Source of the DNA: Octopus vulgaris
Taxonomy: Eukaryota
Reading direction: 5' to 3'
Assembly (NCBI GenBank): GCA_951406725.2
Contig: OX597828.1
Span: 6,014,001-6,078,000, forward strand
Length of the DNA: 64,000 nt
The notes under the pieces were generated by a model that was not told where the DNA came from, made no database searches, and saw nothing but the letters and a program-made list of their open reading frames with translations. Below are positions 14,386-25,881 of this stretch, in pieces (within the stretch, counting starts at the first letter, position 1; each line of letters begins with the position of its first letter). A program made the translations under genes and the position numbers.

Positions 14386-14834
14386 CCCTTTAATGAATAT
14401 ATAAGTTGTATGCCCTCTCCTTCATATTGAAGGCAATAATAGTGCCTAATCGGACAGGATTATATTAATTTCTGTAAAGGATCCAGCAAATTTTTAGATG
14501 ACATGGATATTCTGTAGGAAAATTAGAGAAGAAGTGACATAACGTTTAGCAGATAGGAGAATAATGATGGTGTCCTGGTATGCCATTACATAACCAATGT
14601 TGTCAATATTGAGTAGTTGTATCCAAAATAACATGCCTATCGGGGGTACTCAAAATGTAGGATACGCTAAAGCTTGTTAAAATATCCATATAATCAACTG
14701 AGTCGTATCTATTCCACTCCGTAGCATCATATTGCTGAGATTCTTGTATCATGTAACTATTTCTGATCTTGATTTAAGCAGTTGTACGGAGTTCTTTGAT
14801 CTAATGAGAGTGTGACGTCTTTGAGTTCGAAATG

Positions 14835-14853
14835 TATCTACCTATCTATCTAA

Positions 14854-14947
<94 letters not shown>

Positions 14948-14964
14948 GCCTGCCTGCCTGCCTG

Positions 14965-15058
<94 letters not shown>
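14835..15058. repeat. Compound microsatellite (TATC)n(TGTC)n(TGCC)n(TATC)n(TA)n
   Basis: Directly visible. Confidence 0.95.
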
Positions 15059-15061
<3 letters not shown>

Positions 15062-15163
15062 TCAGGGTGAGTACTTGATAATTGTAAGCACCTGTATATA
15101 CCGTTTGGTGGTGTAGGTGGTGGAGTAAATTAATCAAAATAAAAACATGATGCCAAGGATTCA

Positions 15164-15241
15164 GCGGTACATATGTTTCGGGCCTTTATTAGACGGATTT
15201 ATAACAATGCATAATGTGTGTCTATGGCCTTCTTCAGCCGC
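15164..15241 (-). ncRNA. Type-I hammerhead ribozyme (GUA site), left arm
   Basis: Minus strand reads GCGG-CTGAAGA-aGGCC...GGCCc-GAAA-CATATG-TA-CCGC. Confidence 0.8.
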
Positions 15242-15319
15242 GCACAACTACTACCTCAAGGACATGTATTACATCAAAAATTTTTGATGTAATACATGTC
15301 CTTGAGGTAGTAGTTGTGC

Positions 15320-15397
15320 GCGGCTGAAGAAGGCCATAGACACACATTATGCATTGTTATAAATCCGTCTAATAAAGGCCCGAAACATATGTACCGC
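15320..15397 (+). ncRNA. Type-I hammerhead ribozyme (GUA site), right arm
   Basis: GCGG-CTGAAGA-aGGCC...GGCCc-GAAA-CATATG-TA-CCGC, with a palindromic stem III. Confidence 0.8.
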
Positions 15398-15430
15398 TGA
15401 ATCCTTGACATCATGTTTTTATTTTGATTA

Positions 15431-15477
<47 letters not shown>

Positions 15478-16643
15478 TATATAATTTATGTGTCTGTGTT
15501 ATGTGTGTGTAAAAAAATATATGTGTACAAATATGTACGTCTTTTCTACTGCGTAGAGCAGTAGAAGTGACGTAGAAGTTTGCTTAGCCAAAACACGTTC
15601 CTGTGTATGCTGGACAAGTTTGATTTAGTACTACATGTGGCAGACCTATACTCCATGGTTAAAACGTGGTTAACGGAAAATTGAATGTTACTGGACGGAT
15701 TGCCTCTGAGTCGAAGATCCACCCTTGTACCATATCGTGTCACGCTGATTCTGTTTAAGAATTTATTTCAAGGGGTTTCTGTGATAATCAATTAAACACT
15801 AATACAATGAGATACTGCTGTAGTTGGGTGAATAATTGAAAACCCATAATCGAATATATGCGTGTATCTTTCTTTGTCTCTGTGTGTTTGTATATCTAAT
15901 GCATTTGCTCACATGTATGTGTGTGTGTGTTTTTATGTGTCGGCATGTGTCTGTGTTTGTTTGTAGATACATAGATATATAGTTATGTACAAAGAAAGAC
16001 ATAAAAGGCAACTGAGAGATAAAATGAGTGATACTAAAATATATGGCAACAGAACTCGTTATGTTTCAAACAAAGAGGGAAAGCAATTAATATGGCATAT
16101 CTTACTAACATTATAGTTTTAACACTGCTTGCAACGATTCCGGAACTTGGTTAGAAAACTTTCCTTTTCTACACAAAATAGAATATGAGAGCCCGAGCAT
16201 AAATACAAGGATTCAAATCTTTGTATGCATGTTGGGAATGATTCACATTTATCAATTAGCTTATGATCGAAATGATGACACATGGTGTGGAGCGCAGATA
16301 AAAGTGGGCTATATCCTCATGTGGTTAAATAATTAATCCATGCAGAAACTCTTTATCATCTTCCTTACATGTTTCTGTTTCTGTTGTGTGTTTGTGGTGT
16401 GTGTGTGTATATATATGTAACTATGATGTTGTTTGGAAAAAATGTTCTTTGGATATCTCCTTATCCTCTTGGAGCTTTTATGTAAAATTATACTAATGGG
16501 TCCTTCTAATTTAATCAAATTCTGTCTTTGTGCAGATGAAGATTGCTTATACATTTTGAATTGATGTAATGAAATGATTACATTGTTCAATTAAATGGAG
16601 TCGCATGAAACGATCGTACTGCATTACCTCTGGATATCCTTGT

Positions 16644-17047
16644 TACTCTTTTAATTGTTTCAATCATTTGAATGCGGCCATGCTGGAGCACCGCCTTTAG
16701 TCGCGCAAATCGACCCCGGGACTTATTCTTTGTAAGCCTAGTACTTATTCTATCGGTCTCTTTTGCCGAACCGCTAGGTGACGGGTACGTAAACACACCA
16801 GCATCGGTTGTCAAGCAATGCTAGGGGGACAAACACAGACACACAAACACACACATACATATATATATATATATACATATATACGACAGGCTTCTTTCAG
16901 TTTCCGTCTACCAAATCCACTCACAAGGCATTGGTCGGCCCGAGGCTAAAGTAGAAGACACTTGCCCAAGATGCCACGCAGTGGGACTGAACCCGGGACC
17001 ATTTGGTTGGTTAGCAAGCTACTTACCACACAGGCACTCCTGCGCCT
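16644..17047 (-). mobile_element. Main tRNA-derived SINE, full length, with internal (TA)/(TG) microsatellite
   Basis: Minus strand shows a GGCGCAGGAGTG... head with B-box-like GGTTCAGTCCC, a central microsatellite, a 3' region GGTGCTCCAGCATGGCCGC and an AAAAGAGTA tail. Confidence 0.9.
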
Positions 17048-17056
17048 ATTATGTTA

Positions 17057-17106
<50 letters not shown>

Positions 17107-17377
17107 GCTTAAAAACATAAACATATTTAAATTCCATCAATCCTTAGATCTGTAACTCCTCATATCACACATTACAGTGGATTGATTGTTACCCACGGAC
17201 ATGGAATTTTACAAATATATTATCGCTGGGAATCGAAACAACAGTATGTAATTTGCACTTAATATTTCTTATTATGTATTATTTAATATTATATCATCAT
17301 ATGACTATAATGTATAATATAATATCATGTTAATAAATTTAAATTTTTGAATTGACAATTGTATATCTGCATTCTTT

Positions 17378-17460
<83 letters not shown>

Positions 17461-17466
17461 AATATG

Positions 17467-17784
17467 TGTAAATTAAAATCACTTTATTCTATTTACAAAA
17501 GATTGTTGAAACTATGCATAGTCCAGGAAAGATAGGGTAAACGTTTTTATTTCTCTCTCCCTTTCAGAATTACAACTATTAGTAGTTTGGAGTTTAACTG
17601 GACTTTCTAGTGAGTCCGATGTCCTATTATGGTCATCTCTTATGTGTTTAAATGCACACTTTATTTTTCTAAGATTAATATATAGTCTATTGACTATTCT
17701 TTCCTTCTCGCTAGACAACTGGTAGCGGAGAAGTTTTCTATAATTTTTCAAAATTTATTTTTGCTACCGTAAAATTGATTAATT
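17467..17784 (+). mobile_element. 5'-truncated family F3 element (half hammerhead) between TA tracts
   Basis: GAAA-CTATGCATAG-TC at 17508-17523 lacks an upstream CUGANGA. The body aligns to 23841-24037. The terminal stem is GGTAGC(17721)/GCTACC(17768). Confidence 0.75.
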
Positions 17785-17811
17785 ATATACATATATACAT
17801 ATACATACATG

Positions 17812-17917
<106 letters not shown>

Positions 17918-18071
17918 AATATTAGAGAGAATCCACTATGTGGATGCTCTTACGCTAAAAATAGATCCGCAGTTGTCTCAATCACTAAGAATTGCTCTCA
18001 AGAAAAATTTTAGCACAACTATGAACGTAAACGAGCAGGACAAATAAAAAATAACAAAAATATAGACCAAC

Positions 18072-18144
18072 CCCAGACAATTGTTTCACTGTTAATAAAT
18101 TATGCAATTTTACTCACACAATACATCTACAGATCATCAGTGGG
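18072..18144 (-). ncRNA. Type-I hammerhead ribozyme (GUC site), inverted copy
   Basis: Minus strand reads CCCA-CTGATGA-tCTG...CAGt-GAAA-CAATTG-TC-TGGG. Confidence 0.75.
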
Positions 18145-18487
18145 ATTCGTCATGAAATATAATTTGTCGAACTAATATTTGTGTATTAATATTTACTAAT
18201 TCTCAGTTCTTTATGCGCTAAACCACTTGGTGTTAAATTGATGTTATTAAATTAATATCCAATTTTTTCACCCTTTTTTTTAATTTTAATTATAAATTAA
18301 TATGTTCTCAAACCGGCACTAACTACTGCAGTAAATTATTTATGCAGTATTTATTTCCGGTAATTTTGCCGCGCTCGAACGAGGGCATTTGAACATAACT
18401 GCGAATATAACAGGCCGAACTATTCATGTGTTTGACTTCGTGTTAATATCTAAGGTGCAGTTCGACAAATTATATTTCATGACGAAT

Positions 18488-18560
18488 CCCACTGATGATC
18501 TGCAGATGTATTGTGTAAGTAAAATTGCATAATTTATTAACAGTGAAACAATTGTCTGGG
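18488..18560 (+). ncRNA. Type-I hammerhead ribozyme (GUC site)
   Basis: CCCA-CTGATGA-tCTG...CAGt-GAAA-CAATTG-TC-TGGG. Confidence 0.75.
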
Positions 18561-18866
18561 GTTAATCTATATTTTTGTAATTTTTCAATTGTCTTGCTCG
18601 CTTACGTTCATAGTTGTGCTAAAATTTTTCTTGAGAACAATTCTTAGTGGTTGAGACCATTGCGGATCTATTTTTAGCGTAAGAGCGTCCACATAGTGGA
18701 TTCTCTCTAATATTTGTGTATTAATATTTACTGAATCTCAGTTTTTTATGCGCTAAACCACTTGGTGTTAAATTGATGTTATTAAATTAATATTCAATTT
18801 TTTCACCCTTATTTTGATTTTATTATATATATATATATATACAGACAGACAAACGTATGTATATTC

Positions 18867-19057
18867 TGCCTGTCAGTGATTTGACTGCAGCTATGCTGGA
18901 GCAGCGCCTTTAGTCGAACAAATCGACCCCAGTACTTATTATTTGTAAGCCTAGTACTTATTCTGTCGGATTCCTTTGCCGAAGCGTTAAGTTACGCGGT
19001 CGTAAACACACCAACATCGGTCGTCTAGAGATGGTGGGAGGACAGAGACTCATAAAT

Positions 19058-19114
<57 letters not shown>

Positions 19115-19247
19115 CGACAGGCTTCTTTCAGTTTCCCTCTACCAAAATCCACCCACAAGGATTTGATTTGCCTGAGGCCATTGTAGAAGAGGCTAACCGT
19201 AAGTGCCACGCAGTGGGACACTGAACCCGGAACCATTTGGTTGGAAA
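18867..19247 (-). mobile_element. Main tRNA-derived SINE, 5'-truncated
   Basis: Colinear with 16644-17047. Confidence 0.85.
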
Positions 19248-19251
19248 CGAA

Positions 19252-19305
<54 letters not shown>

Positions 19306-20109
19306 GTGTATTTAGAGAAGGATGTGTAGGTTTACTCTCACACACTGGTGAAATACATTGAGATCTATGTGCGCTCACCTATAAATCATTTTATGAAGTT
19401 TTATTACAGTGTACTTTTTTACTTGTTTCTTCTTTTTTATCCGTTCTTATTGATTTTTCTCTTTTGCCTGCGATTATTGTGTTTTTTATGTACTGTCTAA
19501 TTATTTGCTACATTACAGTACATATATTTTATTTTCCAACGTCTCTTCTGTTAATTTGGTTGATTAAGAAAAATCGGTGTATAAAGTTATTTGCACGAGG
19601 GAAATGAAAACAACTTAATTTAATAATAAGCAAAGAGTAAATTTTTTACTTCAAGTGACACAGCTAGTGTCAGATAATTGCAGCATGGTTCTCGACAACA
19701 GGTGCCTGAAAGATAAAAAATGTTTCAAAAAATGTACATACAATGACAAAACTGATTAAACAGTGCTAAAACTAAATAAGCATCGCATAGTTTACTAATT
19801 AGAATCTAATGAGAAAACAACATTTTTAGAGATCCACAAGGTATACTGCGAGCTGGTAAAACATGCAGTTATATCGCTGTCTGTTATTGCAAATTATATA
19901 TATTGAATTATGCTATTTATACTATGTATTTGCAAAAGATTATACCTAGGAATTAGGAATGTTTTTGGAGGCTAAAATACAGAGTAATGATCATAGTGTA
20001 TATTACATTAGTCGGGTATAATATGCAGTGTTATAGTATTTAATTATACATATCTAATTATATGGTCAAAGTACAATTGAACATTTTCACTTGTATTTCG
20101 CAATACCTA

Positions 20110-20525
20110 GGCGCAGGCGTGGCTGTGTGGTAAGAAGCTTCCTTCTGAACCACATGGTTCCTGGTTCAGTCCCACTCCATACCACATTTGGTAAGTGTCT
20201 TCTACTATATCCTCGAGCCACCTAAAAGCCTTGTAAATGGATTTGGTATAAAGAAACTGAAAGAAGCCCTTTACATATATATATATATATTTTTTAAATA
20301 TATATATATATGCGTGTGTGTATGAGGGGTGCCATTGTGTTTGTCGTGATGTGTTGATGTGTTTACGTCCAAGGAACAATGGTGGTTCGGCAAAAAAATA
20401 CCGATAAAATAAGTGTTAGGCTTTAAAGAGATTTGTCCTGGGGTCAATTTCTTCGACTAAAACTCTTTAAGATGGTGCTCCAGCATGGACACCGTCTAAT
20501 GACTGAAAGAATTAAAAACAAAGAA
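20110..20525 (+). mobile_element. Main tRNA-derived SINE, full length, diverged
   Basis: GGCGCAGGCGTGGCTGTGTGGTAAGAAGC...GGTTCAGTCCCAC...GGTGCTCCAGCATGG...AATGACTGAAA. Confidence 0.85.
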
Positions 20526-20844
20526 GGTATTTCTTTCGGCCTTACTTAACTGTGTATAGTGAATAATAAGCTTAGTGAGGAAACGTTTTAGAGTTATAAT
20601 AACATTTTATTCGTAAGCATCGTAGAAGTATCCAGTATTTATTAGTGAACGGAGATTGAATACTATATTTCATAATGTGTGCCTCGGCTTATGTCTAAGA
20701 AATTCCAGTATGTTTATTTGGTTACTGTGTAAAAAAATATAAACACTAATAATTATATTAGTTTCAGTAAAGAAAGGGTTATGATTATTATATAAGTTAC
20801 CCTATTCCTCAACTACATCTACACACTTGATATGTGTGCATATT

Positions 20845-20987
20845 GAGTTCATATTTCACTGAGGTTGACTTTGCCTCCCATCATTTTGGATCGATAAAAT
20901 AAGTACCCACTGAGTACTGTCGTAAATGTAATCGACCTAAACACGCTTTCGAAATTGCCGGTGTTGTGCCAAAATTAGAAACCAATA
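20845..20987 (+). mobile_element. SINE fragment (third family)
   Basis: GAGGTTGACTTTGCCTCCCATC...GATAAAATAAGTACC...GTGCCAAAATTAGAAAC, related to 2700-2893 and 63944-64000. Confidence 0.55.
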
Positions 20988-22370
20988 TTTGTACATATTG
21001 ATATATTTAATGAATTACTATGACAACATACATGTATTACATATTATATGCCTGTGGATATTTTCACGCAGAAAACCCGGCATGTTCAAACACACACACA
21101 CACACACACACACGTACACACATACAACAGACACATACGCACATGCACACAATTCATGTATTTGTATATATGTTTATGAACATATAATTTGTAGTCCTTT
21201 GGATCCTCCTAAATCTGAGTTAAAACTATTGTCAAGAAACGTTTCACAGTTCACAGTTCACAATTCCCTGGGTGGAAAAAAATGAGCTTGCTATGAGCTT
21301 ATATAATGGGATAACATTCTGTCAGCTATGCATTACTGATCGTCTTATTCCTTAAATTGACCTTATTCTTAATGAACAAATCAATAACTTGTATTAAATA
21401 TCTTTCAATTGTTTTCAATGGTTTCCTCGAACAGCGTCACGATTACTTTAGAAGTTTGAATATTAATGGCGTTACTCTTGTTATTTAGTCCAGGTCAGTA
21501 CAGATGTAATAGAACTATAATCAAAGTCCTTCTATTTCTGACCATCCAGTTCTATTTTACACACAGTGTATTTAAGCCGGTTCTACTCAGGGCGGTGTTT
21601 TGATTTGAATGACACGTTCGCAATTTCAAGGTCGATGAACCAGATATATGTTTCTTTTTAACTCGTTATATTGCAATGTTTTTACACATTAGTTACACAA
21701 GTAATTTAGTTGTCATTAACTAAAGTGTGTTATTTTTAATAGCGCACGAGGATGTCCCAGCATATGCAGTAAATGAATAAAACGCAGAATACTGCTAAAT
21801 CTGTAAAGACGTTAAGCACGGCATAAAGCATTTTGTAGATTCTTTAAATCGCCAAGTATCGCAATTGCGCTGTTTTAAAACTTCATTAATATTATATATT
21901 ATACGTACAGTTTTGTGCTTAAATTAGAAATTATTTTATGTAATACCTGTACTTGTAAAACCTATACGCGCAAACTTGTTTCGAAAGAATATTGTAAACG
22001 TGGGAAGAAGATTACAGATGAATTTCTCTGTAGAGATACAGGTGTAGATTACGTATCTTACAAGATAATTAAGCATAGTGTAAAGGCAATCGAATGTTAC
22101 AAATTATTTCTCTCGCTAATTATACATATACATAAACGCGAACATTTACCCAAACTCACAAACTATACACATCACACAGATACACACTCACACAAGCACA
22201 CATACACACAAACACACACATATATATACACACATCCATGTATATATACATATACATACAAGCACACGCGCATACGCAAACAGATGTACACTTACACGCA
22301 TGCTCCAAAATATTACGAAGTGTCAATTGAATCCATAGCGGAGGAGCTGTCTACCTGACCTAAAGCAGTC

Positions 22371-22696
22371 ACTCCTCCTCCTCCTCCTCCTTCTTCTTCT
22401 TCTTCTTCTTCTTCTTCTTCTTCTTCTTCTTCTTCTTCATCTTCTTCTTCTTCTCCTTCTTCTTCTTCTTCTTCTCCCTCTTCTTCTTCTTCTTCTTCGT
22501 CTTCTTCATCGTCTTCTTCTTCGTCTTCTTCCTCTTGTTCTTCTTGTTCTTCTTGTTCTTCTTGTTCTTCTTGTTCTTGTTCTTCTTGTTCTTCTTGTTC
22601 TTCTTCTTCTTCTATTTCTTCGTCTTCTTCTTATTCTTCTTCGTCTTCTTGTTTTCTTCTTCTTCGTCTTCTTCTTCTGCTGCTGCTGCGACTACT

Positions 22697-22786
<90 letters not shown>

Positions 22787-22807
22787 ACTACTACTACTAC
22801 TACTACA
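22371..22807. repeat. Compound trinucleotide tract (CCT)n(TTC)n(TTG/TTC)n(TGC)n(TAC)n(TGC)n(TAC)n
   Basis: Directly visible; about 435 bp. Confidence 0.95.
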
Positions 22808-23404
22808 TATATGTATATATTTATGCATATATATCTATTTATTCCTGTATCTATCCATCTGTCTATATGTGTGTATGCATCAGTGTCTCTTTCTTATGCA
22901 GAAATGCATATACTTACCTACATGCAAACATAGACCCATAGTACATACATGCGCATAGATACATATATACATACAAATATATCAAACATATACATATATA
23001 TATGTGCGTGTGTGTATGTGTTTTAGGTATGTGTGTGCAACCACACACACACGCAGATAGATATAATTAAATATCATACTTAATTTGTCTAGTGTGTGAT
23101 GTAGTTTTAGTTTTAGTTCTGTATCTTTACAACACTGTAAAAGAAAATTGCTTTAAATAAGTAATTTAGATTGTTTCAGGTGCATCCAGTGTAAATATTA
23201 CATGTTGCAGAATACGAATATGTTTTCTACCGATTCTTCTAAATGCAATGGCTCTCGTAATAAGACGGAGAAAAGTCCAGATAAAGTGCCCTTGCATCTT
23301 TACAAACTGCAAAGAAGTAGGCTACACAACCTCAATTTTAGTTTAACCGAGTGAAAAAGAAAACGTAAGTAGGGTTATATATACACAGCGGCAGATATAT
23401 ATAT

Positions 23405-24040
23405 ATTCAAACACATAAGAGATGACCAATAATAATACATCTGACTCACTAGAAAGAGCAGTTAAAACTGCACTAATAGTTGCTGTTCTGAAAGAGAATG
23501 AAAAATAAGAACATTTACCCTATTTTACCTAGACTATGCATAGTTTCTGCAATCTTATATAAATTAAAATAAAATAATTCCAATTTATATCTGGCGCTGC
23601 TTCGTCAGTAGGATGCCAGGGATCGAACATTTGGATACGAAGCGATAAGTAGCATGCCACGTGTCTATATGTTATAATTTTTCGAATCCTTCGCGCAAAT
23701 GTGGAACTAACCGGTAGTAAATAAATTGCCGATTTTCTTTCAAAATTAGCCCAAAAACCTTTAATCATTAATTAAACATCTTAGGGTAGCAAAAATATTT
23801 ATAGAAAAATGCTTTGCTACCAGTGGTCTAGCGAGAAGTTGCAACTATTAGTGGCTTGGAGTTTTAACTGCTCTTTTTAGTGAGCGAGATATTCTATTTT
23901 TTGGTTATCTCTTATGTGTTTGAATGTCCACTGTATTGTTCTATGAATAATGTATAGTCTATTGACTAATTCTTTCCTTCTCGCTAGACCACTAGTAGCA
24001 AATGATTTTTCTATAAATATTTTTGGTACCCTAAGATTTA
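23405..24040. mobile_element. Hammerhead-bearing element, family F3: permuted ~490-nt unit with inversion
   Basis: 23405-23483 is the reverse complement of 23841-23925, and 23778-23838 is the reverse complement of 23977-24037. On the minus strand the 3' tail is followed directly by the pre-ribozyme region. Confidence 0.85.
23528..23612 (-). ncRNA. Type-I hammerhead ribozyme (GUC site)
   Basis: Minus strand reads CCTA-CTGACGA-aGCAG...TTGCa-GAAA-CTATGCATAG-TC-TAGG, with a 10-nt palindromic stem III. Confidence 0.8.
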
Positions 24041-24124
<84 letters not shown>

Positions 24125-24142
24125 ACTGTGTCCTAAGAGGAT

Positions 24143-24183
24143 GGCTTCCAAACTACATGGTTGTAGGATCGGTCCCACTGCGT
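24143..24183 (+). mobile_element. Main SINE head fragment
   Basis: GGCTTCCAAACTACATGGTTGTAGGATCGGTCCCACTGCGT. Confidence 0.5.
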
Positions 24184-24788
24184 AAAAAAAAGTACTTAAA
24201 TATTTCTCATATGCTAAATCACAGCTAATCAACTGTTTGCAACATTAATATAAACTTTCGTAAACCTATATGTTGCTAAGAGAGTAAATCTTTTATATGA
24301 TAATAGCCTGCTTTGTCTTCTGAAAACAGCACGGTACAAATGAGTGTTGTTGAATGCTTCATTGCATGATATAATTATTCGGTGCCTTATATAACAATGA
24401 TTCAATTGTTTATACAAGATTGCTATCGATAATACAGACATATGAAAGAAAATGGTCCCAATAAGAATAACAACTTGGCTACTAGGCGGATGATCTAATA
24501 TCTAATGAAATTCGTTTTACTTCATACAAGTACTTTACTTACTCACAATATTTCAATTTCCAACTACGCTGTATGAATATTGTATGTATGCATAATGAAC
24601 TCTCGGATTATTTTGAGTATTCCACACATCATTAATTGCTCGCACAATGATATAGGGATGTGTGTGTGCTTGGACTTGACACGCGATTTACTATCAAAAT
24701 ATTTGTTGCATTTGTTCAGAACGATTGAAATTACATTAAATTACAAGCAAAATTTATGTATACGTTATGTAAATGTGTATGCATGTCG

Positions 24789-24829
<41 letters not shown>

Positions 24830-24836
24830 TATATAT

Positions 24837-25019
24837 AATAACAAAGGGTAAAATTAATTAATTAAGAAGTAATCAATAATTTCACCAAGTAGAATTAGGC
24901 ATGAAAAAAGAACCATTTCATAGTAAACTTAAGTAATACTTAATAAATAGTGTTCAGCAAAGATTTGCTTTAACACAAACTTCGGTATGTGGTAAAGCAA
25001 ATCTTTGCTGAACCCTATT

Positions 25020-25024
<5 letters not shown>
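24837..25024 (-). mobile_element. Short 3'-end fragment with terminal stem-loop and fold-back, in (TA)n
   Basis: Minus-strand terminal stem GGTGAAATTA/TAATTTTACC-CT (24886-24845). Inverted repeat 24941-24977 / 24988-25024. Confidence 0.7.
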
Positions 25025-25056
<32 letters not shown>

Positions 25057-25058
<2 letters not shown>

Positions 25059-25470
25059 CATGTTTAGCGTAATAAGATTTAAAAAAACCAATGCTGTATA
25101 GATATTAGAGCATTTATAGATGGAAGGTCTTACAGCTGTTTCTAGGATATTAATTAATAATAATATCCCTTCATCGGAGACAGTGTGAGAGGAAAAATTA
25201 AGTCATAGTCAGTTTCGATGTGATATAAATAGAGAGGGAGGTGAGGGAAAGAAAATAGATCTAAGATATGTATGGTTATTGAATTTGTAAATCCGTTTTA
25301 TAGGCATAATGGTATATATGCAATATTCCAATATCCTTTCAGTAAAATCCAAAAGTCCAACAGAGTTTAATATGAGTTCTTCCAAATATAAAGCAATGTA
25401 AGATTCACTTAAACTTGGTCATTCCCAGTAGGGAATTTATATAAATTGCCTACTGGGAATGACCAAGTTT
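25057..25470 (-). mobile_element. Hammerhead-variant element, family F6, with 60-bp palindrome at its distal end
   Basis: Follows (TA)n. Ribozyme-like fold at 25127-25181. Palindrome at 25411-25470 (AAACTTGGTCATTCCCAGTAGG...CCTACTGGGAATGACCAAGTTT). Confidence 0.6.
25127..25181 (-). ncRNA. Variant type-I hammerhead (CCGAUGA core, GUA site)
   Basis: Minus strand reads GTCT-CCGATGA-aGGGATATT...AATATCCTa-GAAA-CAGCTG-TA-AGAC. Confidence 0.7.
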
Positions 25471-25838
25471 TTTCATCTTATTACGCAAAAAATTCTTGTA
25501 TACACACGCTAACATAGATCCAGCCTTGAACCCTTTATTCGCAATATTACCGAATCTGGAACTTGATTATGGTCTGTCTGTATCACTTATTCAACACTGT
25601 CTGACATCTTTGGGTCTCTATGACACCATTAACCCCTATACATACATATATATATATATAAATATATATGGTAAGACAACAAAGGAATGAAAGACACATC
25701 GATATTATGTAAATAGACGATATAGTATATTTGATTGCCTCGGTAACTGACGAGATGTCGGAGCAGGTTTCCGCCACGACATCCGAAACTAGGTGTCTTA
25801 ATATGGCATCCGAATAATTGTCACATATTATATAATAT

Positions 25839-25881
<43 letters not shown>

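Larger units (their letters stand above)
15058..15435. mobile_element. Hammerhead-bearing element, family F1, integrated as a 310-bp fold-back palindrome in (TA)n
   Basis: Arms are 15126-15280 and 15281-15435, with no spacer and one mismatch seen (15153/15408). A unique 3' tail lies on the minus strand at 15125-15058. Homologous to 57230-57446. Confidence 0.9.

Noticed and set aside
22535-22933. Poly-F/S/A/T ORFs
   Set aside because: They arise entirely from the trinucleotide array.
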